Assembly (NCBI GenBank): GCA_963833985.1 | Contig: CAWIAD010000001.1 | Coordinates: 3,008,001-3,072,000 of the forward strand | Origin: an uncultured Planctomycetaceae bacterium | Lineage (GTDB): Bacteria; Planctomycetota; Planctomycetia; Isosphaerales; Isosphaeraceae | DNA: 64,000 nucleotides | Direction of reading: 5' to 3' | Part shown: in pieces, positions 11,546-21,844 of the stretch | Layout: each line of letters starts with the position of its first letter | Numbering within the stretch: the stretch's first letter is position 1 | Notes under the pieces: model-generated | Database searches by the model: none | Told to the model about the DNA's origin: nothing | What the model saw: the letters and a program-made list of their open reading frames with translations, nothing else | Program-made: the position numbers and the translations under genes

Positions 11546-12068
11546 CGGCACGTCTTGATGAAATCTATCGTACACGCTGTTTTTTTTCATTGATTTTTTG
11601 AAAATCGGCTTCACAATGTGGAGGCTTTCCCGCCCCGAGAGCCTTCCTTCGATCGCTGCCTCGGCGTGTCCGTCCTGCCTTGGCCGAGTGTCCTTCTCCC
11701 CACTCCGGATCGGCTTGGAGTCTCGCTGTCCCGGGTGGCTGAAAGGACGAACGAAAATCCGAAGAATTTCGTCAAACCTTTGGCTGGCGGAGACGTATTA
11801 TTGCTGGGGATCAGCCGATCGGCGGCATCGCTTGCCGGTGGCGCATAATGTGCTTGATGGAGTCGATCGGATTGAGGAACCGAGGTAGCGTCCTTTGCCT
11901 CACTGGATCGGCTGCTTCTCACGGACCCGGGTCGGACGATGTATGTGCTATCATCCTATTGAAATTGAGCTGGTCTATCTGATCGACCGGTCATCCGTGG
12001 CGATGTGGGTCGGTGGGGTTGATCCCCGCTACCAGTGATCCGCGTAGTATTACACCAGGAGGTGTTCC

Positions 12069-12551
12069 ATGGCCCGTAAAGACGCTTTGCTCAGACTCAC
12101 CTCGCGCCTGGTCGCTCGCCGCGATGCGCTGCGGAAAGCCATTAATGGCGATCTTGACAGCTTTCGCAAGTTTTCGTCCGTCAGCGGAGTGGGCGATAAC
12201 GTGGATGCCGCCGTCGATTCGGCCAACGATGAAATCAGCTCGCAACTGGTGGAAATCGAAAGCCGTGAACTGAGCCAAATCGAACATGCCCTACAGCGGA
12301 TCGGCGCAGGGGTCTATGGCCGTTGCGAGTTCTGCGGAGGCAAGATCTCGGAAGCTCGGCTCAACGCACTTCCTTACACCAATAGCTGCATTGACTGCCA
12401 GCGCGAGAACGAGCGTCTGGGCGCGAACCGCCTGGACGGCGAGTCGGCACGGTGGGCCAAGGTGTTCGAGAAGCCGATGGACGACAGCGAGGGCGACGCC
12501 CCGATCAACCTGAGCGACTTCGAGATGGACTTCAGCGAGACCGGACGCTGA
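12069..12551 (+). CDS. DksA/TraR family C4 zinc-finger protein
   Basis: DNVDAA coiled-coil tip; YGRCEFCGGKISEARLNALPYTNSCIDCQ; strong AGGAGG RBS. Confidence 0.92.
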   Translation: MARKDALLRLTSRLVARRDALRKAINGDLDSFRKFSSVSGVGDNVDAAVDSANDEISSQLVEIESRELSQIEHALQRIGAGVYGRCEFCGGKISEARLNALPYTNSCIDCQRENERLGANRLDGESARWAKVFEKPMDDSEGDAPINLSDFEMDFSETGR

Positions 12552-12592
12552 TACGGCCCTGATTCGCCAGGTGAAGCGTGCGATCGGATCAT

Positions 12593-12624
12593 GCCGCCGG
12601 AGACCTCTCCGGCGGCTTTCATTT
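12593..12624. terminator. Probable intrinsic terminator between convergent dksA-like and RRM genes
   Basis: 10-bp perfect stem GCCGCCGGAG/CTCCGGCGGC with 4-nt loop, followed by TTTCATTT. Confidence 0.7.
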
Positions 12625-12650
12625 CGAAGGACAGATGTTCGCGTGAAGAC

Positions 12651-13022
12651 TCAGTAGCGGTCCCGATCCCGGCCACCACCGCCACCGTAGCCACCACCAC
12701 CACCTCCACCTCCACCGCCATAGCCGCCTCCGCTACCACCACCGTAGCCACCACCACCTCCGCTGCGGGGCTCGCGCGGGCGGGCCTCGTTCACGGTCAG
12801 CCGACGGCCACCATGGTCCTGATCATGAAGTCCCCGGATCGCCTCCTGGGCTTCGGCATCGGAATCCATCTCCACGAACCCGAAGCCCTTGCTGCGCCCG
12901 GTGTCACGGTCCGTGATGACCTGTGCACTCTGAACCGTTCCAAACTGGGAAAAGAGTTGCTCAAGATCCGAGCTGGTCACCTTGTAGGAAAGGTTGCCGA
13001 CGTACAGTTTCTTGCCCACCAT
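12651..13022 (-). CDS. RRM RNA-binding protein with Gly-rich tail
   Basis: KKLYVGNL (RNP2), RSKGFGFVEM (RNP1), LTVNEARPRE, GGGY repeats; GGAG RBS. Confidence 0.95.
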   Translation of the reverse strand: MVGKKLYVGNLSYKVTSSDLEQLFSQFGTVQSAQVITDRDTGRSKGFGFVEMDSDAEAQEAIRGLHDQDHGGRRLTVNEARPREPRSGGGGGYGGGSGGGYGGGGGGGGGGYGGGGGRDRDRY

Positions 13023-13323
13023 CAATCTCCTAGCGAAATCACGTCGGCCCTCGGTTGCCTTTCCGGGCCGAGAGGAAAGGGATCGGTCAAGATCCAAAGA
13101 GCGGAACGGCAGGGGGACGAAGGCGGCGAAGGTGGATTCCGGGAAGGATCGACATCGCAAACTCGGCTCGTTCCCAACCAATCGAGGATTATACGATACA
13201 CGGAACGGCCCGGTAGGCCGTCTCTCATTTTTTTCACAGAATTTGAAAGTTTTAACCGAAACACTGCCGGGGATGCTGCCCGAATGGGGCGCGAACGCCT
13301 GGCCGCTGCCGCGCGGGGATGGC

Positions 13324-14232
13324 TCAGCCGCCCGCATCGACGCTCAGCACGAGCAACACGTCTCCATCCGCCAGGTGGGTTGACGGATCGTTGGTGAATT
13401 GCCGGCCGTTCAGGTTCAGGATGTAAGCCGCGTGCAGGGCACCGGCCTCACTGATGACCGTGCCGCGGAGCCCGGGGCAGGCCCGGCACGCGGCGCCCAG
13501 CGCGGCTGCGATATGATCCGCGTCGACCTCGATCCGGCCCACCCCGGCACGCAGCCGCGGGACACCATAAAACTCCAGCGTGACGTGCCGCGGTCGGGGT
13601 TCGCCCGCCGCCGGGGGATGATCTGGCGGGTTCAGTCCAGCGGCCTTCCGGGCCAACTCGTAGTCTTCCGGACTGTTCAGGTTGCGCAGCGTGGCCAGCT
13701 CCGGGTCCACGTCGCGAAGCTCCTCGGCGGCTACGATGCGGGTTCGCAGGATCTCGGACAGAAACACCGGGCGCAGGCGGTCGGCTTGCAGCAGCGCGCG
13801 GGTTGCGGGCAAGGCAGCCTCTTTGCGGTAAAGCGCAGCGAGCGGGTGGAAGAAACCATCGCACCGGGGGATGGCCAGGTCATGGCCGCCGATCAGCTCG
13901 GCCATGCGCTCGATCCAGGATGGCTGGAGGAAGGGCACGTCGGTTGCCGTGGCATACACCAGGTCCGCCTCGCCAGGAAGCGCGGCCAGGCCGGCAGCCA
14001 GACCCTCGAGTGGTCCCCGGCCGCGCTGGGGATCGCGTGCGATGATCACCGAACCCGGGAGAGGGGGCAGTTCCTGTCCCGGGGCGGCCACCACGGCGAT
14101 CGGTGCGGCCACCGCGGACGCCAGGCGCACCACGCGCTGGAGCAGGTATTCCGCACCAAAAGGGAGCCAGGCCTTGGGCCGGCCCATCCGCCGGCTCTCG
14201 CCCCCGCACAGGATGACCGCCGCAACCTGCAT
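13324..14232 (-). CDS. mobA: Molybdenum cofactor guanylyltransferase fused to a C-terminal MoaD/ThiS-like domain
   Basis: ILCGGESRRMGRPKA, GPLEG, DVPF, HPLAALY, NLNSPED; then a ubiquitin-like domain ending VDAGG. Confidence 0.88.
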   Translation of the reverse strand: MQVAAVILCGGESRRMGRPKAWLPFGAEYLLQRVVRLASAVAAPIAVVAAPGQELPPLPGSVIIARDPQRGRGPLEGLAAGLAALPGEADLVYATATDVPFLQPSWIERMAELIGGHDLAIPRCDGFFHPLAALYRKEAALPATRALLQADRLRPVFLSEILRTRIVAAEELRDVDPELATLRNLNSPEDYELARKAAGLNPPDHPPAAGEPRPRHVTLEFYGVPRLRAGVGRIEVDADHIAAALGAACRACPGLRGTVISEAGALHAAYILNLNGRQFTNDPSTHLADGDVLLVLSVDAGG

Positions 14233-14423
14233 GACCACCTCACCTCTCGCTCTGCCAGGTTTCCGATCGCCCTGGACCTGTTGCCAAATTACCACGGACG
14301 AGTCACTTCCTGGCAGCCACGCGTAATTCTTGTAGACGAGAAACGCACGCTGTTGAGCAAAGAACACCGACCGTCGATCGGCATGATGCCGATCATCGCT
14401 CCCCGATGACGTGGAGGACGAGG

Positions 14424-14870
14424 ATGAGTCACGCAAGCACGACATTCTCCCCGGCAACCCTCCCCTGTCAGCTCCTGACCTGCACCGCACTGGCAGCCGC
14501 CTTGCTGGTCGAGACCTGCGGCCTGATCGGCGATTTCCGGTCAGCGCAGGCCAGCGTCGGCAACAATCGTACGGTGCAATCTTCCTCCATCCCGGTGCAG
14601 CTTCTCACCCTCCGTACGAGCGTCTCGGCAGCCGCCCGGGCAAGCACCGGCGCCGCTGCGAACGGCGTGAGGACGAGTGAAGAGATGCGAGAACAGGTCG
14701 ATCGTCTGCCGGACGGCCCCGCCTCCGAGCCCCCGGTTCACGCGCGGCGACGTCGCGGCGATTACCGCTCGACGGCCACCACAACAGTGAAGCGATCGCT
14801 CAGGAATCGCCTGCTGCTGCATCCTCCCGGCACCGGCCAGCATTTCCCGGACCTGGTGAACGAGCACTGA
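14424..14870 (+). CDS. Hypothetical protein (3' end uncertain)
   Basis: GGAGG/AGGA upstream of ATG; hydrophobic N-terminal stretch; no recognisable motif. Confidence 0.35.
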   Translation: MSHASTTFSPATLPCQLLTCTALAAALLVETCGLIGDFRSAQASVGNNRTVQSSSIPVQLLTLRTSVSAAARASTGAAANGVRTSEEMREQVDRLPDGPASEPPVHARRRRGDYRSTATTTVKRSLRNRLLLHPPGTGQHFPDLVNEH

Positions 14871-15052
14871 GCCGCGCCTGGCCCTGGCCCCGAGCCGCTC
14901 GTGTCGCGGCGGACCAGCCCGTCATCCCACCGGCGGTGCGGGCTTGATGCCGGCGGAACGCGGGCCGGATAATCTCCTGGACCGCGGCTGACGGACCGCA
15001 AGGCCCGGATGGCGCAGGACCCGGATCGAAAGACACCACCAGGAGATGGCCC

Positions 15053-17344
15053 ATGCCTCCTTTGATCGCGGTGCTCACAGGTAGCTGGCTGGCGATCTGC
15101 GGCGGTGCCGACGGAGCTCCACCGCCGGTACCATTCGCCGTACCGGCCGGTCTGCCAGACCGCGCCGAGGTGCTCTCACCGGCACAGGTTCACCTGGACG
15201 GCTGGTTGGGTGCACGGGTCGATGCCAACGAGAAGAACCGGCTCCTGGTCGTCGACATGGAGCCGCTCCTGGCGGGCTACCGCAAGCGGCCCGGCAGCCA
15301 TCCCTGGATCGGCGAGCACGTGGGCAAGTGGCTGCACGCAGCGACCCTGGCCTGGGTCTACACCGGCGATGCCGCGCTCAAGGCCAAGCTTGACCGCGTG
15401 GCGGCCGACCTCATCGCCTGCAAGGAGCCAGACGGCTACCTGGGCACGTATGTTCCAGAAAAGCGATTCGGACTTTACCGGGAGGCGGACTGGGACGTCT
15501 GGTCACACAAATACAACTTGATCGGACTGCTCACCTATTACCAGTACACTGGCAACGGTCCTGCGCTCGATTGCTGCCGCAAGATGGCCGATCTGTTGAT
15601 CGCCACGTTTCCCGGCAAGAAAAGCATCCTCAAGGCCGGAACGCACGTAGGGATGGCGGCGACCAGCGTGCTCGAGCCGGTGGTCTTGCTGTACCGGTTG
15701 ACGGGCGACCGGCGGTATCTGGAGTTCGCCCATTACATCGTCAAGTCGTGGGACGAGCCCGGCGGACCGGCCATCGCGGCGACGCTCCGCGCAGCGCTGG
15801 GCGTGAACCGGACGGCCAACGGCAAGGCCTATGAGATGCTCTCGAACCTCGTTGGCCTGTGCGAACTGGCCCGAGCCGACGGCGACCGCGCGCTGCTCCA
15901 GCCCGTCTTGAACGCCTGGCAGGATATCGTGGACAAGCGACTTTACCTCACCGGCAGTGCCAGTGCGGGAGAGCTTTTCCGCGACGACCACATCCTGCCC
16001 AACCAGCCGGGGCGGAATATCGGCGAGACCTGTGTGACCACCACGTGGATCCAGCTCAACCTCCAGCTCTTGCGGCTCACGGGGATGGCGAAGTTCGGCA
16101 ACGAGATCGAGCGCTCGCTGTACAACCACCTGGCGGCCGCCCAGCACCCGCGCGGCGACGACTGGTGTTACTACACGGCCCTGGAGGGTAAGAAGCCCTA
16201 CGACTCCGGGATCACCTGCTGCCATTCCAGCGGCCCGCGAGGCATGGCACTCGCACCTCAAAGCGCTTATCTGAAGTGGAACCAGGATGGCGCCGAGGCC
16301 CTGGCGGTGAGCACCTTCGAAAGCTCCCGGGCAAGGCTCATCCTTGGCGGGCAGGAAGTAACCTGCGAGCAGTTCAGCGAGTTTCCGCGCAGCGGGCGGT
16401 CGGAAATCACGATGCATCTCGCCCGACCGGCGAAGTTCGGGCTGCTGGTGCGCCAGGCGCCCTGGGCCGGCCCTCTGGTCGTGAGCGTGGGAGGGGTCCG
16501 GGTCGAGGCCCAATCGCAGGACGGCTGGTCCGTGATCCCGGCGCGGGAGTGGAAGGACGGAGATCGTCTCAGCCTGGCGTTCCGTCTTGCCCTCGAGCAG
16601 ACGGTGGGAGACTACGGTAACCGAGGACGTGTTGCGTACTCATGGGGGCCGTTCGTGCTGGCGGTTGACCCGCGGGCGACGGCCGGTCTTCCGGCCGGAG
16701 GGGAACCAGGGTTCCACGAAGCCCGATCCGGGACGATCGGAGCCAGTTTCGTCATCCGGGCCGCGCACTCACTGCCGCACGGCAAGAACTCAGCGCCTGC
16801 GGTCTTTGTGTCGTTCGCCGACGCGGGCGCCACGGGCGGCCGCTATGTCGTCTGGGTACCGCTCGATCCGAACATCTCGGCGCTGCTCGCGCAGGGAGAG
16901 GAGAGCCGGTCGCGCCCGGGCAACCAGGACGGATCGATCAACGATGGCGATCGATCCAGCTTCGTCGTGACCTTTGACGGAGCGAAGGCCGGGGAAGACT
17001 GGTACGCCGTGACGCTTGCGAAGCCAGCAAGAATCAACCGGGTGGCGTTCACGCACGGGCAGAACTTCCACGACGGCGGCTGGTTCGACACCAGCGGCGG
17101 TAAGCCGCGGGTGCAGCTTCAGAAAGAATGCGGAGGCGCCTGGCAGTCCGTGGGAGAGCTGACCGGCTACCCGGCCACGACAGCGACCGACGGCAAGGCT
17201 CTTGAGGAGGGTGGCACCTTCGAGCTCCGGCTCGCCATGCCGATGCTGGCGACTGCGATCCGCGTGGTGGGCGTGCCGTCGTGCGGCGACAACCCGAACC
17301 AGGCATTCTCTTCATGCGGCGAGATCGAGGCCTTCTCCGACTGA
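15053..17344 (+). CDS. GH127-like (beta-L-arabinofuranosidase family) glycoside hydrolase with C-terminal beta-sandwich
   Basis: GKWLHAA, DGYLGTY, KAYEM, GETC, ERSLYN, TCC motifs; signal peptide; AGGAG RBS. Confidence 0.85.
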   Translation: MPPLIAVLTGSWLAICGGADGAPPPVPFAVPAGLPDRAEVLSPAQVHLDGWLGARVDANEKNRLLVVDMEPLLAGYRKRPGSHPWIGEHVGKWLHAATLAWVYTGDAALKAKLDRVAADLIACKEPDGYLGTYVPEKRFGLYREADWDVWSHKYNLIGLLTYYQYTGNGPALDCCRKMADLLIATFPGKKSILKAGTHVGMAATSVLEPVVLLYRLTGDRRYLEFAHYIVKSWDEPGGPAIAATLRAALGVNRTANGKAYEMLSNLVGLCELARADGDRALLQPVLNAWQDIVDKRLYLTGSASAGELFRDDHILPNQPGRNIGETCVTTTWIQLNLQLLRLTGMAKFGNEIERSLYNHLAAAQHPRGDDWCYYTALEGKKPYDSGITCCHSSGPRGMALAPQSAYLKWNQDGAEALAVSTFESSRARLILGGQEVTCEQFSEFPRSGRSEITMHLARPAKFGLLVRQAPWAGPLVVSVGGVRVEAQSQDGWSVIPAREWKDGDRLSLAFRLALEQTVGDYGNRGRVAYSWGPFVLAVDPRATAGLPAGGEPGFHEARSGTIGASFVIRAAHSLPHGKNSAPAVFVSFADAGATGGRYVVWVPLDPNISALLAQGEESRSRPGNQDGSINDGDRSSFVVTFDGAKAGEDWYAVTLAKPARINRVAFTHGQNFHDGGWFDTSGGKPRVQLQKECGGAWQSVGELTGYPATTATDGKALEEGGTFELRLAMPMLATAIRVVGVPSCGDNPNQAFSSCGEIEAFSD

Positions 17345-17379
17345 ATGTCGTTCCTCTTGAAGCTCTCCGAAAGGGGACC

Positions 17380-18723
17380 GTGCACGTGCTGAAAGCCGAC
17401 CGCCTCCTCGCGCAGACATTCCACGCTTCCGTGTTCCTGCTGGCCGCATCCGTTGCGCTCGCGCGCGGCGAGGAGCCGCGGCCGAACATCGTGCTGGTCC
17501 TCGCGGACGACCTGGGCTGGGGTGATGTCGGCTTCAACGGCCGCACCGAGTGGAGCACGCCCCACCTGGACCGGTTGGCAGGGCAGGGGGTGATGCTGAA
17601 GAACTGCTACTCGGCGGCTGTGGTCTGTGCCCCCAGCCGTGGAGCGCTCCTCACCGGCAAGTACACGATCCATTCCGGAGTGCGCCGCAACGATGACGAC
17701 CTGCCGACCGAGGAGGTCACGATCGCCGAGGCACTCAAGTCAGTCGGCTACGCGACAGCCCTCTTCGGAAAGTGGCATCAAGGTCGACCACGAACTGGCC
17801 GCGCCTATCCGCTGCACCCCATGGCCCAGGGATTCGACGAGTTCTTCGGCTTCACCAACGCGGTCAAGGCCTGGGAGAAGTTTCCGAAAACGCTCTGGGA
17901 CGGGCACAAGGAGGTCCCGGTATCGGGCTATTTCGACGACCTGATCACCGATCGGGCGGTCGAGTTTCTCGGCCGCCAGAGCAAGCCGTTCTTCCTCGAG
18001 GTCGCCTACACGGCAAGCCACTTCCATATCGCGGCTCCAGCGGAGGAGGTCGATCGGTACCGCGGCAAGTTCCACGAAAGCGACCCGGACCACCCTGTAC
18101 AGGCCACCTATGCCGCCATGGTGAGCCGGCTGGACGGGAACATCGGTCGGCTGCTCAAGTGCCTCGACGAGCGGCAACTTACCAGCAACACCCTGGTGTT
18201 CTTCACCAGCGACCAGGGTGCTACCTTCGAGAAAGGGAACGCCGGCGCCAGCTCGTCACTGGACAGCAATCGGCCCTTTCGAGGCCAGAAACGCACACTC
18301 TGGGAGGGAGGTATCCGCGTACCGGGGCTGGCGCGGTGGCCTGGTCACATCCCCGCCGGCTCCGTGTGCACCGAGAATATTCATCTCACCGACCTCCTGC
18401 CCAGCTTCCTGGCTGCCGCGCGAGCGGCCGTCGATCCTTCCTGGCACGTTGACGGGGCGAACATGCTGCCGGTCTGGGAAGGGCGAACGCACGGAACGGC
18501 CCGAACGCTGTTCTGGGAGTGGCAAAGCGATGGCTACGATCAGCTCGCCGCCCTGCGCGGTGGTTTCAAGCTGGTCGTCACCCGCGGCGGTAAACCCGAG
18601 CTTTATGACCTGACCTCCGACCCGGAGGAGCGCCGGGATGTGGCAGCCAGTCAGCCGGATCTGGCCCGCCAGCTCGACGAGGAACTGAAGGCCTGGCTGG
18701 CCACCGAGGTCAAGCGGCCTTGA
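17380..18723 (+). CDS. Arylsulfatase-family sulfatase
   Basis: PNIVLVLADDLGWGD, CAPSRGALLTG, GKWH, FTSDQG, EGGIRVP, ELYDL. Confidence 0.95.
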   Translation: MHVLKADRLLAQTFHASVFLLAASVALARGEEPRPNIVLVLADDLGWGDVGFNGRTEWSTPHLDRLAGQGVMLKNCYSAAVVCAPSRGALLTGKYTIHSGVRRNDDDLPTEEVTIAEALKSVGYATALFGKWHQGRPRTGRAYPLHPMAQGFDEFFGFTNAVKAWEKFPKTLWDGHKEVPVSGYFDDLITDRAVEFLGRQSKPFFLEVAYTASHFHIAAPAEEVDRYRGKFHESDPDHPVQATYAAMVSRLDGNIGRLLKCLDERQLTSNTLVFFTSDQGATFEKGNAGASSSLDSNRPFRGQKRTLWEGGIRVPGLARWPGHIPAGSVCTENIHLTDLLPSFLAAARAAVDPSWHVDGANMLPVWEGRTHGTARTLFWEWQSDGYDQLAALRGGFKLVVTRGGKPELYDLTSDPEERRDVAASQPDLARQLDEELKAWLATEVKRP

Positions 18724-18748
18724 GGCCGGCATCGCTGCCCCTGCGGCC

Positions 18749-19255
18749 TCATTCCGAACCTGAGCGATGGAGCCAGATCTCCTCGAGCACGGAGTAGCCG
18801 CCAGGCTTCAATCCCAGTGCCTGGTAGACCTTTTGCGCGGGCAGGTTGCCATTCTCGACGTAGAGCCGCATGCCGATGACGTCGCGGACAGCCAGCGCCT
18901 GGCTGTACACGTGACGGTAGAGAGCTTTGAAAACACCGCGGCCCCGGTAGCCGGGTGCGACGTAGACGCTTTGCAGCCACCAGACCCAGCCATTGCGCCA
19001 GTCGCTCCACTCCCGTGTGACGGCGGTCTGGCCGATCAGCAGGCACTCGCTTCCGGTGGTCAGCTCGGCGACCCAGTAGCGAAGGCGGTCCGGATCGGCC
19101 AGGGCGCGGGCAACCCCCTGTTCAAGGATGGCGGCATCGAGCGTTTTGTTCTCGGTCTCGAACGCCAGCAAGCGATTGAACTCGGCGATGCGTGGGCGGT
19201 CGGCTGGAACAGCGTCGCGAATGAGAGGCACGATCGGTGCAAGGTGCTCGGCCAT
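18749..19255 (-). CDS. GNAT family N-acetyltransferase
   Basis: EWSDWRNG, SVYVAPGYRGRGVFKALY, LYVENGNLPAQKVY; ATG overlaps the rhomboid stop. Confidence 0.9.
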   Translation of the reverse strand: MAEHLAPIVPLIRDAVPADRPRIAEFNRLLAFETENKTLDAAILEQGVARALADPDRLRYWVAELTTGSECLLIGQTAVTREWSDWRNGWVWWLQSVYVAPGYRGRGVFKALYRHVYSQALAVRDVIGMRLYVENGNLPAQKVYQALGLKPGGYSVLEEIWLHRSGSE

Positions 19256-20178
19256 CAGAGACGGTCGCTCCGCTTGTCGCGTGCACGCCGGCTCGCTTCC
19301 TGGAGCACGCGGTGGTCCTCCTCGGTGAGGCCCCCGCGCCCCTCGCGAGCGATCTTGGCCAGGACCTCGTCGAGCCGGGCGTCGAGCTGTTCCTCGGGAA
19401 GCACCGTCACCGGCGAGGTCCGAACACCCACGGCCTCGCCCGCCGACCGGCTTGATCCGGGAGGCCGGCTGCGCGGCTGCTCGGCGGGCATGGGGGTGAA
19501 AATGCGGAGCCGCGGACGGCGGATCCTGCCACTGACCAGTCGGGACCAGCGGAGGTCGAATTGCTTGTAGCAAAACGCGAATGCCGCACCCATCAGGTGG
19601 GCCTGGTAAGCCACCTGGCGGCTGTCGCCGATGAGGGGAAAGATCAGGTAGATACCCAGCAGCACCCACATCGGCATGGGCAGGAAAAAGAAATAGATCT
19701 CGCGCCTGGGGTAGTACAACGTGTACAGGGTGACCACCGCCATGACCGCGCCCGAGGCCCCCAGCATGTGGCGCTCCATGGCGAAGGGCCCGCCGGAGAA
19801 GGCCGCCATCACCGCCCATCCCAGGGTGCTCACACCGCCGGCGAGCAGGTAGAACGCAAGGAAGTCGCGGCTCCCGTAAAGCTGCTCCATCTCCCGGCCC
19901 ACGAGCCAGAGGAACCACATGTTGCCAAGGATGTGCAGGATGTTGGAATGCAGGAACGTCGCCGTCCAGAGCTGCCAGATCCGTCCGTGCTGGAAGATGG
20001 CATCGGGAGATGCTTCGAGCCAGTCCACGAAGAGGGGATTGTCGTAGCCCAGCGCATTCTGAACCAGGAAAGCCGCGGCGTTGATCACGATCAGCGTGTT
20101 GCACCAGGGCGAGGCACCGCTGAACCAGCCGGCCCCCCCCGATTCACCACGGTAGTACTCGCGGTCGTAAATTCCCAT
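19255..20178 (-). CDS. Rhomboid family intramembrane serine protease
   Basis: MGIYDREY start, WQLWTATFLH, HILGNM, GASGA, AHLMG; C-terminal LDEVLAKI-GLT domain. Confidence 0.93.
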   Translation of the reverse strand: MGIYDREYYRGESGGAGWFSGASPWCNTLIVINAAAFLVQNALGYDNPLFVDWLEASPDAIFQHGRIWQLWTATFLHSNILHILGNMWFLWLVGREMEQLYGSRDFLAFYLLAGGVSTLGWAVMAAFSGGPFAMERHMLGASGAVMAVVTLYTLYYPRREIYFFFLPMPMWVLLGIYLIFPLIGDSRQVAYQAHLMGAAFAFCYKQFDLRWSRLVSGRIRRPRLRIFTPMPAEQPRSRPPGSSRSAGEAVGVRTSPVTVLPEEQLDARLDEVLAKIAREGRGGLTEEDHRVLQEASRRARDKRSDRL

Positions 20179-20602
20179 CGCGGCTCCGCTCTGCCGGGTG
20201 CCCGGCACGACCCGATTCGCCGGTGCTGCTCATCGCCAGCCCTCAGTTGCAGGCAGCCAGGTCACCGAGCGTTGTCGCCCCCTGGACGCCGGTTGTGCAA
20301 CCAACCCATATCGCGATGCATCCCTGCCCAGCGATCGCCCGAATTGCCTGCCCCGCCATACCGTCGTGGCTGGCATGACGAGAGTTCTCGCTCGCCCTGG
20401 ACCTGATCGTGCACAGCGCCAAGCTCTGCCACCTTATCTCATCATGGAAATGGGCTTACTGCCTGTCAACGGGTCGCGCGGGATCATGGTCCCGCGCGAT
20501 CCGCCGCGTGACCGCGCTGGGCCGTCCGGAGCCCTGTTACGATCGCCCGCAGGCCGCCCCGGAGGATCGGTCAGGCTGCGAACGAGCCAGGGCGCCTCGC
20601 CG

Positions 20603-20983
20603 TCAATCCAGCTCGAACGCGGCCAGCGCCTCCGGCCGGGAACCGTAGATCGGCCAGACGATGTCCAGGGAGGTGATCCGCAACAGCTCACGCGTTCGTT
20701 GCGACACGCCGGAGAGGGCCATCGATCCCCCGCGCGACAGAGCCAGTTTCCAGCACCGGATCAGCAGAGCCAGGAACATCGAACCGAAAAAGTCCACCTG
20801 GCTGAGATCAAAGAGGATCAGCGGGTTTTCCTGGCGCTCCAGCGGCTTCAGGATCAGTTCCGCCGCTTGCTCCTCGAGGCCGAAGGCCAGTCGCTCCAGC
20901 GCGGCGGTCGCGGTGATGACCGTCACCTCGCCATGGCGTTCGATGGTGAACGCATCATCGGATTGCGGTTTCCTGGTGCTCAT
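20603..20983 (-). CDS. STAS domain protein (anti-sigma factor antagonist)
   Basis: LFDLSQVDFFGSMFLALL, LRITSLD. Confidence 0.85.
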   Translation of the reverse strand: MSTRKPQSDDAFTIERHGEVTVITATAALERLAFGLEEQAAELILKPLERQENPLILFDLSQVDFFGSMFLALLIRCWKLALSRGGSMALSGVSQRTRELLRITSLDIVWPIYGSRPEALAAFELD

Positions 20984-21182
20984 CGTTGTGCCCGGGGGTC
21001 AGAGCCGGAGATCGATCCCTCGAGAATGAGGCGACTCCGGCTTGACCTATAGGGTAGGGCGCTGGGGCCGGCTGGACAAGGTGATTACTCCCCCAGCCCC
21101 TGCCGTTACACCACCAGCCCCCCTGGGCGATGGCAGTGCGACGGCACTGCCAGGCGTCCCGGTCACCGCAAGACCACCGCAT

Positions 21183-21407
21183 TCAGGCCGAGGGACGACA
21201 GTTCGAGAACGCCCGGATCACCTCGTACAGGTCATTGCTGACCATCAGCCGCTCGTTCTCGAAATCGTGCAGCCAGACGTAGTTGTCGCGGTAGGCCTGG
21301 GCAAGTAAAGGATAAAGATCAGAAAGCTGGATCGGGATGGAGGGTACGTTTGCGTCTTCCTGTTCATCTTCGGGATATGGGAACAGGCGCAAGCGTGCGG
21401 TTGCCAT
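21183..21407 (-). CDS. Small hypothetical protein (74 aa)
   Basis: GGAGGAGG RBS; globular composition (WLHDF...DLYEVI...RPSA). Confidence 0.7.
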   Translation of the reverse strand: MATARLRLFPYPEDEQEDANVPSIPIQLSDLYPLLAQAYRDNYVWLHDFENERLMVSNDLYEVIRAFSNCRPSA

Positions 21408-21844
21408 AGAATTCCTCCTCCGTGCAGGTCAGAGCGGGTCCAAGTTCGGAACGCAGTCGACGTGGATTCTGCGATCCGCCCGGGCAGGCGCAAGAAGCAT
21501 GGTGGCTTCACCGCAGCAGGCGCACTCCTTCAGGCCCATGCCCCTCATCCGGCCAGCTTCATCCATCGGCCGGCCGTCGCTCCGCCCATGAACCAATCCG
21601 CCGATCCGACGATATTGCCAGTGCTTGCATCCAAGACGCCGCCACGAGACCTGGACCCGGCCGTCAACCCCGGGGAAAACCGGGGCGACAGCCCACCTCA
21701 GATTTGCTATGGTCTGCACCGTTATCAAGCAGGGCCCGGCGCGAGGCCTGAGATCGCGGCCCGGCCTGCGATATTCGTGAGACGAGCTCGCGGATGTGAG
21801 GTTGCTGGCAAGAAGAACTCCTGGCTCATGGAGGAGCGTGGCGC

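Noticed and set aside
12660..12765. CCACCACCG-type repeats
   Set aside because: They encode the ordinary Gly-rich tail of the RRM protein.
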